64,000 nt of DNA from Leptospira biflexa (lineage in GTDB: Bacteria > Spirochaetota > DYNZ01). Shown here piece after piece: positions 1-8,763 of this stretch. The notes under the pieces are model-generated. The model ran no database searches. It saw only the letters and a program-made list of their open reading frames with translations, and had not been told where the DNA came from. How positions within the stretch are numbered: the stretch's first letter is position 1; each line of letters starts with the position of its first letter. The stretch lies in contig DYNZ01000007.1 of NCBI GenBank assembly GCA_020720805.1, forward strand, positions 2,568-66,567. Reading direction: 5' to 3'. A program made the position numbers and the translations under genes.

Positions 1-561
1 ATTTTCTGGTGGTCGCCAGATCCCCGTTTCGTTCTCTATCCGGATCAGATTCGGGTGTCGCGCAGTATGGAGCAAGAGCTGCGGCGGCAGAAGTTTACTG
101 TTACCATGGATAATCAATTTTATCATGTGATCAGGGCATGCCAGCAGCCTCGCCGCGGCCAGGACGGAACCTGGATCACCGAAGATATTGTCGACTCCTA
201 TCTGGATCTCCATAAATTCGGGGTTGCCCACTCCGTTGAGGTCTGGCTTGGCAGCGATCTAGTCGGCGGCCTTTATGGAGTATCGTTAGGAAAAACCTTT
301 TTTGGAGAGTCGATGTTCAGCCGCCAGAGCAACGCTTCGAAGATGGCTTTGATCCTTCTGACGCGCCTGCTGCATCATTGGCAATTCAATCTCATCGATT
401 GTCAGGTCTATACCTCCCATTTGGAAAGCATGGGCGCGCAGATGATCCCGCGGGATGAATTTCTGGATACTGTTCAGGCGGATATCCAGAAACACCCAAC
501 TCGCGTCGGCTCGTGGCAGTTGGATTTTGCCAGGTTTATGGCCGAAGAGGTACATAATTAA
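1..561 (+). CDS. aat: Leucyl/phenylalanyl-tRNA--protein transferase, 5' end truncated by the window edge
   Basis: Frame 1 is open from base 1 (IFWWSPDPRFVLYPDQIRVSRSM...). It contains GTWIT, AHSVEVW, LVGGLYGV, FFGESMFS, NASKMAL and LIDCQ, all typical of Aat. Confidence 0.92.
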   Translation: MFWWSPDPRFVLYPDQIRVSRSMEQELRRQKFTVTMDNQFYHVIRACQQPRRGQDGTWITEDIVDSYLDLHKFGVAHSVEVWLGSDLVGGLYGVSLGKTFFGESMFSRQSNASKMALILLTRLLHHWQFNLIDCQVYTSHLESMGAQMIPRDEFLDTVQADIQKHPTRVGSWQLDFARFMAEEVHN

Positions 562-1861
562 ACAGAAATTCACGATCCACTCTTCCCTGGCTGTCTTTGC
601 GCAGCGCCTGGCGTAGTAAAGGGTATGGCGGTTGGATCGCTTCCAGAAAGGTACCTGTGCTGGCCGGAGGAGCTAACAGCAGGTTATCTAGTCCCGTAAG
701 GGTTTCCGGCGGAAATCCTGAAAAAAGTTTTTGATATGATGGATCTCCTGTTTCGGGCGCTGGTTTTTTTGAAATCTCTTTTGTGTCAGAACTATAATAG
801 GTATTCAGATGACGCAGATAGGGAGGAAGTTCTGCCAGGAAATCGTACTGCCAGCGCCATCCTTTGGTTAGAGAATCTGTCGGAACATTTTGGCGCAATG
901 TCAGATAGGAGACTTGACGCAGGCCGGGCCCCTTACCGTCGATGCGGTACAGGAGCTGAAAGCGGTCTCTAAGATATTTGCCTTGAGAAGTGGTCCTGCT
1001 ATTCACTCCAGCGCAAGATTGATCCTCCGGGTCGAGCAGGTTCACATAGGCCGGTTCTTTTCCTGACCACTGTAACTTGAGCCAGGGATGAGCCAGACGG
1101 CACCACATACCTGCTCCCGAGTTGGGAAAATAGATGGATTTTCGGGTAATGAGTCCCTTTGTTGCAGGAAAATTTTCTGGATATAGCCAGATTTGTCGAT
1201 CTGTGAGAACGCCATTTGCGCTTGTGATTTTTCGTTCCAAATAGACATTGCTTGCGCGGAGCAGGCGATAACGGAGCTCTGGCCACCTGCTGTTGGCTGC
1301 CTCCAAAAATTTATCGCTGAATCTCTCAGGAAAGAGGTAAGATAGATAGGTGTAGGGAGATTCAGCCTGATGAATGGTAAAATCAACGCGCAGTAGAATT
1401 TTACCGTATCCGTTGGCGACCCACATGCTTTGCCGATTTGCACCATAGGAAAAGGAGTAAGAGCGGATTAACCATGAGCGGTGGCCAGAAAACTCATATT
1501 TATAAATTTTGTTAATCTGCCTACGTTGATTATAATAGATTTTATACTGGTAGCGAAGTTCAAGTTTGCTGTCGTCCTTAGCATGATGGGGCAGATGCTC
1601 GCGAATACTGCGGACAGGATAACGCAGAAACTGCTCGGGGAAATCAAAACCCCAGATCTCTTGCAACCAGGGCTGCCGATGCGGTGCGCTGGGAAATTCT
1701 TTAGGGATGGAATTTTTATCTATTGCTTTGGGTTGATTCTGGGGTGGAGTCTCTCCCGTTTTTTCGGGGACAAAAGGGTTGTCACTCTGCGAAAATCCGC
1801 TGCGGCCAAACAGAGTCATCATACATATCAGAATCGTTAATAGCGTAAAGGGCGCTCTCAT
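536..1861 (-). CDS. Hypothetical exported protein (441 aa)
   Basis: Long ORF with an N-terminal signal-peptide-like segment (MRAPFTLLTILICMMTLFG); no recognisable domain. Confidence 0.55.
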   Translation of the reverse strand: MRAPFTLLTILICMMTLFGRSGFSQSDNPFVPEKTGETPPQNQPKAIDKNSIPKEFPSAPHRQPWLQEIWGFDFPEQFLRYPVRSIREHLPHHAKDDSKLELRYQYKIYYNQRRQINKIYKYEFSGHRSWLIRSYSFSYGANRQSMWVANGYGKILLRVDFTIHQAESPYTYLSYLFPERFSDKFLEAANSRWPELRYRLLRASNVYLERKITSANGVLTDRQIWLYPENFPATKGLITRKSIYFPNSGAGMWCRLAHPWLKLQWSGKEPAYVNLLDPEDQSCAGVNSRTTSQGKYLRDRFQLLYRIDGKGPGLRQVSYLTLRQNVPTDSLTKGWRWQYDFLAELPPYLRHLNTYYSSDTKEISKKPAPETGDPSYQKLFSGFPPETLTGLDNLLLAPPASTGTFLEAIQPPYPLLRQALRKDSQGRVDREFLFNYVPLRP

Positions 1862-2068
1862 GGATTTTTTCCTCCGTATGGGAACAAGGACGCAGATTCA
1901 GCCAGATGATCCCAGGTTATTAGCGGTGAGAGTGCGGAGATTAGGCGCATTTTTCAAGCCTATTTTCCAGGAAAGCAGAGATCCGCGCTAACCCATTTCA
2001 GAGAAATTCTTGCTTTTTTTGCAGGGTTGTCAATCTCTTCTTCAGAACAACGAGAAAAGGAATGAATT

Positions 2069-2311
2069 ATGGCACATACCTATTATACGCCCGAATTGGG
2101 CAGCAAAGACGAGCAGGCCGAGGTGGTAGAGCTTCTCTGTTCCGTTGGTGATACCTTTGCAGAGGGGGATGAGCTTATGGTTTTGACCACAGATAAAGCG
2201 GCCTTCTCCCTGGAAGCCACAGATTCCGGAAAGGTGGAGAGACTCTTCGTTCACAGCGGCGACAAAGTTAGCTCTGGGGCGGCGCTGCTGGAGTATAGTC
2301 AGGTGCCATGA
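2069..2311 (+). CDS. Stand-alone lipoyl/biotinyl-attachment domain protein
   Basis: 80 aa with VGDTF...ELMVLTTDKAAFSLEATDSGKV...V.SGDKV, the lipoyl-domain pattern with the attachment Lys in TDKA. Confidence 0.75.
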   Translation: MAHTYYTPELGSKDEQAEVVELLCSVGDTFAEGDELMVLTTDKAAFSLEATDSGKVERLFVHSGDKVSSGAALLEYSQVP

Positions 2312-2386
2312 GCAAACGGTATAGCTTTCTTTGCCATCGTACAGTTATTATAGAAATAAATTTTGAATAAAGGAAATGAGGATAAA

Positions 2387-3304
2387 ATGGATCTCATTGT
2401 AGTCGGAACTGTCGCATTAGATGATATTCGCACCCCATTTGGTGACGAGAAAAATCTACCTGGAGGAAGCGCTACCCATTTCAGTATCGCGGCAAGCCAC
2501 CTGGTTCAGGTGGGGATCGTTGGGGTTATTGGAGAGGATCTGCCGGAAGCGCACCTGAATCTGCTCTCCGAGCGAAATATTGATCTGGCTGGCATAGAAA
2601 AACAGCAGGGTAAGAGTTTTCACTGGAAGGGTTTTTATGAGTATGACATGAATTCGGCACATACCCTTGATACCCAGTTAGGGGTGTTGGCGACCTTTGA
2701 TCCTAAATTGCCGGCTGCTTATCGCAGCGTGCCCTATGTGTTTCTCGCCAATAGCGATCCGGATATCCAGATGCGTGTACTGGATCAATTGGATCGACCC
2801 AAATTTACTTTCCTGGATTCCATGAATTTTTGGATTTCCAGTAAAAAAGGGTCTCTGGAGAAGGTGATCCGCCGTGTCAACGGGGTTGTCTTCAATGAAG
2901 AGGAGGCGCGGCAGTTTTGCAACACCCCGAATTTGATCACCGCAGGAAATCGTTTGCTCGATCTGGGGCCATCCTTTGTGATCATCAAAAAAGGTGAGCA
3001 TGGCTCACTTCTGTTCTCGCGGGATTTCTCTTTTGCGGCGGTCGCGTATCCAACAGAGAAAATCATCGACCCTACAGGAGCAGGAGATAGCTTTGCCGGT
3101 GGTTTTATGTCCTATATTGCCCGTCATGATCGCCTTGATGAGGATGTTTTTCGGGAGGCTGTAAACTTTGGCTCTGTAATGGCCTCATTTATGGTGGAGG
3201 ATTTCAGCTACCGCAAACTGGTTTCCATTACGACCATGGATCTTCTGGAGCGGTACAATAGGCTCTACCAGTACATACATTTTGAACCATTGGATGCGCT
3301 TTAA
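2387..3304 (+). CDS. PfkB/ribokinase-family carbohydrate or nucleoside kinase
   Basis: N-terminal GTVALD and PGGSA motifs and C-terminal PfkB signature DPTGAGDSFAGG; ATG at 2387 chosen. Confidence 0.88.
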   Translation: MDLIVVGTVALDDIRTPFGDEKNLPGGSATHFSIAASHLVQVGIVGVIGEDLPEAHLNLLSERNIDLAGIEKQQGKSFHWKGFYEYDMNSAHTLDTQLGVLATFDPKLPAAYRSVPYVFLANSDPDIQMRVLDQLDRPKFTFLDSMNFWISSKKGSLEKVIRRVNGVVFNEEEARQFCNTPNLITAGNRLLDLGPSFVIIKKGEHGSLLFSRDFSFAAVAYPTEKIIDPTGAGDSFAGGFMSYIARHDRLDEDVFREAVNFGSVMASFMVEDFSYRKLVSITTMDLLERYNRLYQYIHFEPLDAL

Positions 3305-3305
3305 T

Positions 3306-3351
3306 TTGACAAAACTCCTTGACAACGAGTAGCTGTCAGGACATTTTGACA
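3306..3351 (+). promoter_or_regulatory. Candidate tRNA promoter region with three TTGACA hexamers
   Basis: TTGACA at 3306, 3319 and 3346, just upstream of the tRNA; no convincing -10 at canonical spacing. Confidence 0.25.
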
Positions 3352-3385
3352 ATCCTTTTCAGGGTTTTTTTTTGAGAAGTGTCTA

Positions 3386-3474
3386 GGAGAAGTGCCGGAG
3401 TGGCCGAACGGGGCTCCCTGCTAAGGAGTTGTCCGGGGCAACCTGGACCGTGGGTTCGAATCCCACCTTCTCCG
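3386..3474 (+). tRNA. tRNA-Ser(GCT)
   Basis: Acceptor stem GGAGAAG/CTTCTCC, anticodon arm GCTCC-CTGCTAA-GGAGT, long variable arm, T-loop GGTTCGAATCC, discriminator G; CCA not encoded. Confidence 0.95.
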
Positions 3475-3763
3475 ATTGACAGACACCTTTATATGACATT
3501 CAAAATGCAGGTCGCAACCTCATATCAGGATATACTCATCGCAGACGCTGCCAGGGATGGCAAAATTCGTTTGACCATCAGCACTCCCTTGCCTATCGCA
3601 GGATCACCGCGGACGTGAATGAAACTCCCAGGTGGAGAGTTGCCATCTAACGGCTCACCCAGGTATCAATACGCCAGAGGGATGTATAATTGCGAACTAT
3701 TCCGTGCTTTCTTTATGTTTCCATTTTATAGGGATATAATTCAAAAGTTGAGGGGCTAAGCGT

Positions 3764-4948
3764 ATGGTAAGACGAGTTTTTTTTGGGTATATTTTGCTTC
3801 TGTTCTGTCTTGTGGTTTATCCCGTTCAGGCAATGGGAGACTATCCATTGGAGAGCCAGGTACTAACGCTCTCTGAAAAACTGGTTCAATCGTATTTAAA
3901 AAATCGAAATATCATTTTTAAAAAAACGATAGCTGTCATAGAATTTGAAAATATCGGACAAACAGCTCAGGACAATCATCTAGGTCAAAGCCTTACAGAA
4001 ATTTTTTCCCAGATATTTAGCAACGCATCCAACTTTCGAGTCGTCGAGCGGCGTGATTTGAAACGAGTACTCAAAGAGCAGGCATTACAGCAAACTGGAA
4101 TTACGGATCAAGGTGGTGTTGTCGAAACTGGTCGGATTCGGAATGCTGATCTTTTGCTGAGCGGAAGAGTAATTGAGGTTGGAAACGGTTTTCAAATCAA
4201 TGCAAAGCTGACAGATGTCTCCAGCGGCGAAACGATATCCGAAACGGTGTTAGTTCAAAAAAAAGATCTACTTGCGACTCGTGAATATGTGTTGGATATG
4301 GCGTATGTGCAGAGAGCAGGTGTTGGCATAACGTTGACTGGCATGGGCTATACTATGAGCGGCAACGAAGTTTCCTGGCATCCCTTCTTCAACGAAGAGC
4401 AGACTGGTTTGCGCAGAAATGCCGGAGTGGAATTTCGCTATCGGTTCACGAAGAATTTAATGATGGGCGCCGGTGCGAATTGGATCTATGCGAATACCAG
4501 ATTTTTCCCTTTACTGGCTTATGACAATTCAGGGGGAACAAATTTTAATTCTCAAGGTGCCTTTCGAATTGAAGGTCAAGGAATTTCTTTGCCTATTTTT
4601 TTATATGGAGTCATAAATCCATGGCGTCGTGTCAATTTTTTTGCATTCACCGGAGTCGAATATTTTGTGCTAAATTTTTCTGGATTATTTATTCCTTCGA
4701 ATGGTAAAGGTTTTGGAATTAATGAAATCGGCCCACAACTGCATGGAGAAACTTTGGCTTATCACGCCGGTGGCGGGGTAGAGTTTTTTCTTGCTCCAAG
4801 GCTTGCGCTATCACTCCGCCTAAGCTATATGCATGGTACTCTGCTACTAAACGCGAAAAATGGAAGCGAACATCTGGATTTGAGTACTTCCACCCGGATT
4901 GATCTGAGTGGATTTACCTATCAACCGGCAGTTTCGTTTTATTTTTAG
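3764..4948 (+). CDS. Exported protein: CsgG/FlgO-like N-terminal domain plus outer-membrane beta-barrel C-terminal domain
   Basis: Signal peptide; IAVIEFEN...FRVVERRDLKRVLKEQALQQTG...ADLLLSGRV matches the CsgG/FlgO-like pattern. The C-terminal half has alternating beta strands and ends in aromatic residues (VSFYF). Confidence 0.6.
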   Translation: MVRRVFFGYILLLFCLVVYPVQAMGDYPLESQVLTLSEKLVQSYLKNRNIIFKKTIAVIEFENIGQTAQDNHLGQSLTEIFSQIFSNASNFRVVERRDLKRVLKEQALQQTGITDQGGVVETGRIRNADLLLSGRVIEVGNGFQINAKLTDVSSGETISETVLVQKKDLLATREYVLDMAYVQRAGVGITLTGMGYTMSGNEVSWHPFFNEEQTGLRRNAGVEFRYRFTKNLMMGAGANWIYANTRFFPLLAYDNSGGTNFNSQGAFRIEGQGISLPIFLYGVINPWRRVNFFAFTGVEYFVLNFSGLFIPSNGKGFGINEIGPQLHGETLAYHAGGGVEFFLAPRLALSLRLSYMHGTLLLNAKNGSEHLDLSTSTRIDLSGFTYQPAVSFYF

Positions 4949-5014
4949 CGAATGCTTTATGGGTTGGGCAGCATCTTGAAATGATTACCTGAAGTTGATG
5001 TTTGCCTCGCGAGC

Positions 5015-5040
5015 AAAAAAAAACCCGGCGAAAAGCCGGG
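5015..5040 (-). terminator. Rho-independent terminator of the RRM gene
   Basis: CCCGGC-GAAAA-GCCGGG hairpin preceded on + by an A run (a U tail on -), about 20 bp after the stop at 5060. Confidence 0.75.
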
Positions 5041-5059
5041 CTGTCTTGATCTTGTTCTA

Positions 5060-5350
5060 CTAATAACGACGTTCTTGGCGTCTGAAATTATTATTGCTAT
5101 TTCGGTCGTCTTTCGGAACTGCCTTTTTAACAACGATTTCTCGTCCCTGCAGATTCATGCCATTAGCCTCGTCTATTGCTTTTTGACCACCATCTTGGCT
5201 GCTCATTTCTACAAAGCCGAATCCTCTGGATTTACCGGAAAAGCGGTCCATGACAATCTTCACTGATGCTACTTCACCATAGGCGGAAAAGGCAGCCTTC
5301 ATATCATCTTCCTTAACAGTGTAAGAAAGATTTCCAACGTACAAATTCAT
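5060..5350 (-). CDS. RNA-recognition-motif (RRM) RNA-binding protein
   Basis: MNLYVGNLSY (RNP2) and KSRGFGFVEM (RNP1); start placed at ATG 5350. Confidence 0.92.
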   Translation of the reverse strand: MNLYVGNLSYTVKEDDMKAAFSAYGEVASVKIVMDRFSGKSRGFGFVEMSSQDGGQKAIDEANGMNLQGREIVVKKAVPKDDRNSNNNFRRQERRY

Positions 5351-5725
5351 TATAAACCTCGAAAAATTGTAATCTGTCTGACAACACTCACCAAAAGTGG
5401 AACAAGATCTATTTCCGTTGTTGTCTGTTTTGAGGGTTTGCCTGCGATTAAGTAGGGTCGGTCTAGAAAACAAGAGGACAAAAGAAATGCTATATCCGAA
5501 AATTTGTTAACTTTGGTAAGAGAAAACTCCTGGTAGCAGCTTGCTGCCTATAGTATTGCAGATAGTACAAAATATCCAGAGTTGCCCTAAAAAGCAACAA
5601 AAAAACTTTGAATTTGTTCTACTTTTATAAGGAAATAGGATTAATTATACACATTATGTCGCTTATTGCGCTTTTGCATCCTGTTTCTGCGATTCTTTAG
5701 AACAGTAGGGCAGGGATGTTTGTAT

Positions 5726-8320
5726 TTACCTGGTTCTGAAAATATAAACAGGCGGGCTAAATCCGCTGACATGGTGCTTATCATTCTCAATAATTGCCTG
5801 GATTTCGTTCAGACCAGTTTCCAGTGCCAGGTTATAAACCTTATATCCTTTATAATAGAAAAAAGGAGTTGGGGGCTTTCCCTTTATCTTCGGATTAGGT
5901 GTCTCGTGCTGGATCTTGCCATTTACCCTGAGAAGTATCCTGTTTTTCGGGAAAATTTTTATGGGTTGAATCCAGATTTGGATGCTTTTTTTGTCTGTGC
6001 GGATGTTGCGCGCTGGATTGGCAATCACGGCAAGGGGTAATGTTTTCACTCCGGAAAAAATCGAGATGTTTGCTACATGTGGCGGGTTATGCTCTTCCTT
6101 TGTGCGCATTGAGGGTAAGGGTAACCGATAGGCATCCTTGAACTGTTCCAGGTTGTGAAAACCGTGGATTGACTGCACTTGAACAGCGCCGGCTAAAATC
6201 GGAGAAGCTTGAAATTGCCCCAAGCTATTGTAACGAAAGATTTCGTCATTGCTGAAGATGGCATGAGCCAGATAGTCCTGAGGTGCGCCGTCCTGGACCG
6301 TCCAAATTTTGATTACATGGTCGCTGCCTAAACTGATAATTTTTTTGTCAGAAGCAACCCTTAAATCTTTTATCCAGCTGTCATGGGCAAGGATTGTGTG
6401 TAGTCTGTTCTTCTTTAAGTCCCAGAGATAAAATTTTGTTCCTCCATCGTCAAATAGGACAAAGCTTTCAGACAGGATCCTCACTAGTCGTATTGGTAAT
6501 CCGGAAAAGTCTAATACTTTTAATACGGTTCCGGCAATGTCGCTAAATACGAGGCGATTGGTGCTGTTAAAAAAAATAAATTTATCCGCAGTGAGCCAGG
6601 CAATTCCTTGAATGCTCCCTGGTTGACCAGGAAATGTTATTTTACGTGAGACAGCTTTATTATGTTTGTCGTAATTGATGAGAGTTACTGTGTCGGGATT
6701 TTGGGTGGCATAGAGTATGGCGTCCTGTTTTGGAGCGAGTGCATAGGCGGTCACGCCGGAACTGATGCGGTCTGATGCGGTAACATACTGGATCGCATCC
6801 AGATTTTGTGTCTCTGATGCTTCGGATCTGTTTGTAGAGTGCTGTCCGACTATTTTTTCAGCCTTCGTTAAGGGAACTCGGTAAAGATTGCTATGGGTAT
6901 CGAGAAAATAAATTGTTTTGTCTTCCCTGTCAATTTGATAGTCGGCTAACGGTTTGGGGAGATGATAAGTGTAGCGGATATGGATCGTTCGGTGTACTTT
7001 CTGTTTCTTATCTCCATTTTTGCTTTTGATAACTGTCGTTTCATAACGGCTGACTGAAGCTGGGCTCTCCTGGGTAAATTTTGATCTGCAACGGCTTCCT
7101 ATTTGGAAATTCAGGATACGGCTTTGCGCTGACAAAACCTGGCTTCTTTGCGTGGAATGTCTGCCAATTTCGTACAGACTTTTCCCTGAAGAGATAAAGA
7201 GTCTATCGCCGTTATGGCATAGTCTAACTCCGGAAACCGGTGTTAGGTGATAGTCGATGGAGTGAAGTTTTTGTCCGGAGCCAAGGTGCCAGATCTGGAT
7301 ATTACCCTTCGTGTCTCCGGTAAAAAAAAGATCGCGCGTGACATCCATTGCAAACGCCCTGACGCCGGTGAAAGTTCCGGGAAAGGAGTTGATTTTCGCG
7401 CCCTGGCTGTCAAAAATAGAGAGCCTGTTTTCGGCTAATACCGCTACCCGATCCTGACCAGATAAGTTTTGATAGCTCTTTGTTTTGAGTACGCTGTGTA
7501 GAGATGTAAAAAAGGTTCGGGCTTTGCGCGGAGCAGTCGCTCCGATTGCCACTGTTTTTACTGCGGCATTCTCCAGTAGTAGGGTCATGGCAGCTCGTGA
7601 GGTATTTTCATGCATATCTGTCACAGATGTGTGAATATCAGAAATTTTTTGAAGGAGACGACCTCGCTGATCCCAGATGCAGGCTGTTGCATCAGGATAG
7701 ATCGCGATATACTGGTGATCTCGAACCAGGGTATGCGTTTGTGTCGGCACCTCAGCATGGCAGCGACCCAGCATGATCTTTTCTTGATTCTTGAGGGTGT
7801 CCTTGGCAAAGACCGTGCGGACGAGGTGTGGAGTTGGTTTGTGTGCATACTGGACAAAATGGATTGCCTGAGCACTCTGGTAGACATTCGTTTGCGCATC
7901 AAATCGGATACCTGTCCTGGTGCTTTGCAAAAGCTTGCCGTCCAGATTCCAGAGATTCACTTCGCCATCTGCGGATACAGATAGCAATTGGGTATCCCTG
8001 GCTCGCCACGCAAGGTAGACAATGGTTGCCTGGTGCTCATGGAGTGTTTTGATCAGATAACCGGAATGGCTCCAGATTTTTATGGCAGTATCTTCTCCCC
8101 CGGAGACAAAGATTGGCTTTACTGGATGCGGCAAGATGGAGGTGATTTTGCCGGAATGGGTACTGTTTATAGAAAATCTGGTTTGCAGATAGGGTGGAAG
8201 TTTCATGTAAACGGAGTAGGCTTTGGTTTTTTGCACCGTTTGTCTCTGGGTAGGTGCAGGCAGGCTTAAAAGCATCATGATGCAGAGCAGCAGCAGGAAT
8301 CTCATAAAACGGAGGCTCAT
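5726..8320 (-). CDS. Exported WD40-repeat beta-propeller protein with a C-terminal Ig-like region
   Basis: Signal peptide and repeated WD-like units (FVSGGEDTAIKIWS, LLSVSADGEVNLWN, FFTGDTKGNIQIWH, IISLGSDHVIKIWT). Confidence 0.72.
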   Translation of the reverse strand: MSLRFMRFLLLLCIMMLLSLPAPTQRQTVQKTKAYSVYMKLPPYLQTRFSINSTHSGKITSILPHPVKPIFVSGGEDTAIKIWSHSGYLIKTLHEHQATIVYLAWRARDTQLLSVSADGEVNLWNLDGKLLQSTRTGIRFDAQTNVYQSAQAIHFVQYAHKPTPHLVRTVFAKDTLKNQEKIMLGRCHAEVPTQTHTLVRDHQYIAIYPDATACIWDQRGRLLQKISDIHTSVTDMHENTSRAAMTLLLENAAVKTVAIGATAPRKARTFFTSLHSVLKTKSYQNLSGQDRVAVLAENRLSIFDSQGAKINSFPGTFTGVRAFAMDVTRDLFFTGDTKGNIQIWHLGSGQKLHSIDYHLTPVSGVRLCHNGDRLFISSGKSLYEIGRHSTQRSQVLSAQSRILNFQIGSRCRSKFTQESPASVSRYETTVIKSKNGDKKQKVHRTIHIRYTYHLPKPLADYQIDREDKTIYFLDTHSNLYRVPLTKAEKIVGQHSTNRSEASETQNLDAIQYVTASDRISSGVTAYALAPKQDAILYATQNPDTVTLINYDKHNKAVSRKITFPGQPGSIQGIAWLTADKFIFFNSTNRLVFSDIAGTVLKVLDFSGLPIRLVRILSESFVLFDDGGTKFYLWDLKKNRLHTILAHDSWIKDLRVASDKKIISLGSDHVIKIWTVQDGAPQDYLAHAIFSNDEIFRYNSLGQFQASPILAGAVQVQSIHGFHNLEQFKDAYRLPLPSMRTKEEHNPPHVANISIFSGVKTLPLAVIANPARNIRTDKKSIQIWIQPIKIFPKNRILLRVNGKIQHETPNPKIKGKPPTPFFYYKGYKVYNLALETGLNEIQAIIENDKHHVSGFSPPVYIFRTR

Positions 8321-8392
8321 AGGAATGATTTATCCTTAAAAGAATCGATAATGTCAAAAATGACAAGTGTCGCAATGGTGAAAACCATTCTA

Positions 8393-8493
8393 TACTCGAA
8401 ACACTTTGGTTCTCGGGTTTTATTCTGGCTAAAGGGTGCGTCGACATCGCTGGCACTGCCTTGCGATATCCGAAAACCAAAATGCCTTTAGTA
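8393..8493. mobile_element. MITE type A (101 bp), TA target duplication
   Basis: TA-[TACTCGAAACACTTTGGTTCTCGG...CCGAAAACCAAAATGCCTTTAGTA]-TA with imperfect 24 bp terminal inverted repeats; differs from the copy at 43265-43365 at 4 positions. Confidence 0.78.
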
Positions 8494-8763
8494 TAAAAGG
8501 GTTGGCTCTGCAATAATTGCGCAAGTAGAATAATAAGGAAAATGTTTTTTCTTCGTAATTTTTTTTATGATTGCGGTAATGAAGCCAACCAGATTATTTG
8601 CATTGACGTGGAAATGAAAATGATTTTTTATTGTATTGCAGTTCGCGAAGATAGATAGAAAAATCTCTTTCTTTGCGAAGTGAAAAATTTTATGATTTTC
8701 TGACATTCTCAACTTTCTCAATAACCAAGTCCGTTGCTGCGGACAGGTAGAATAAGGTGCGCT

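Noticed and set aside
3379-3618. 79 aa ORF
   Set aside because: It overlaps the complete tRNA-Ser and has no protein features.
3386-3760. tRNA-Ser as the integration site of a genomic island
   Set aside because: No integrase follows, and I saw no second copy of the tRNA 3' end in the window.
8450-8466. TGGCACTGCCTTGC in MITE A as a sigma-54 promoter
   Set aside because: The GG-to-GC spacing is 9 nt, not the required 10.
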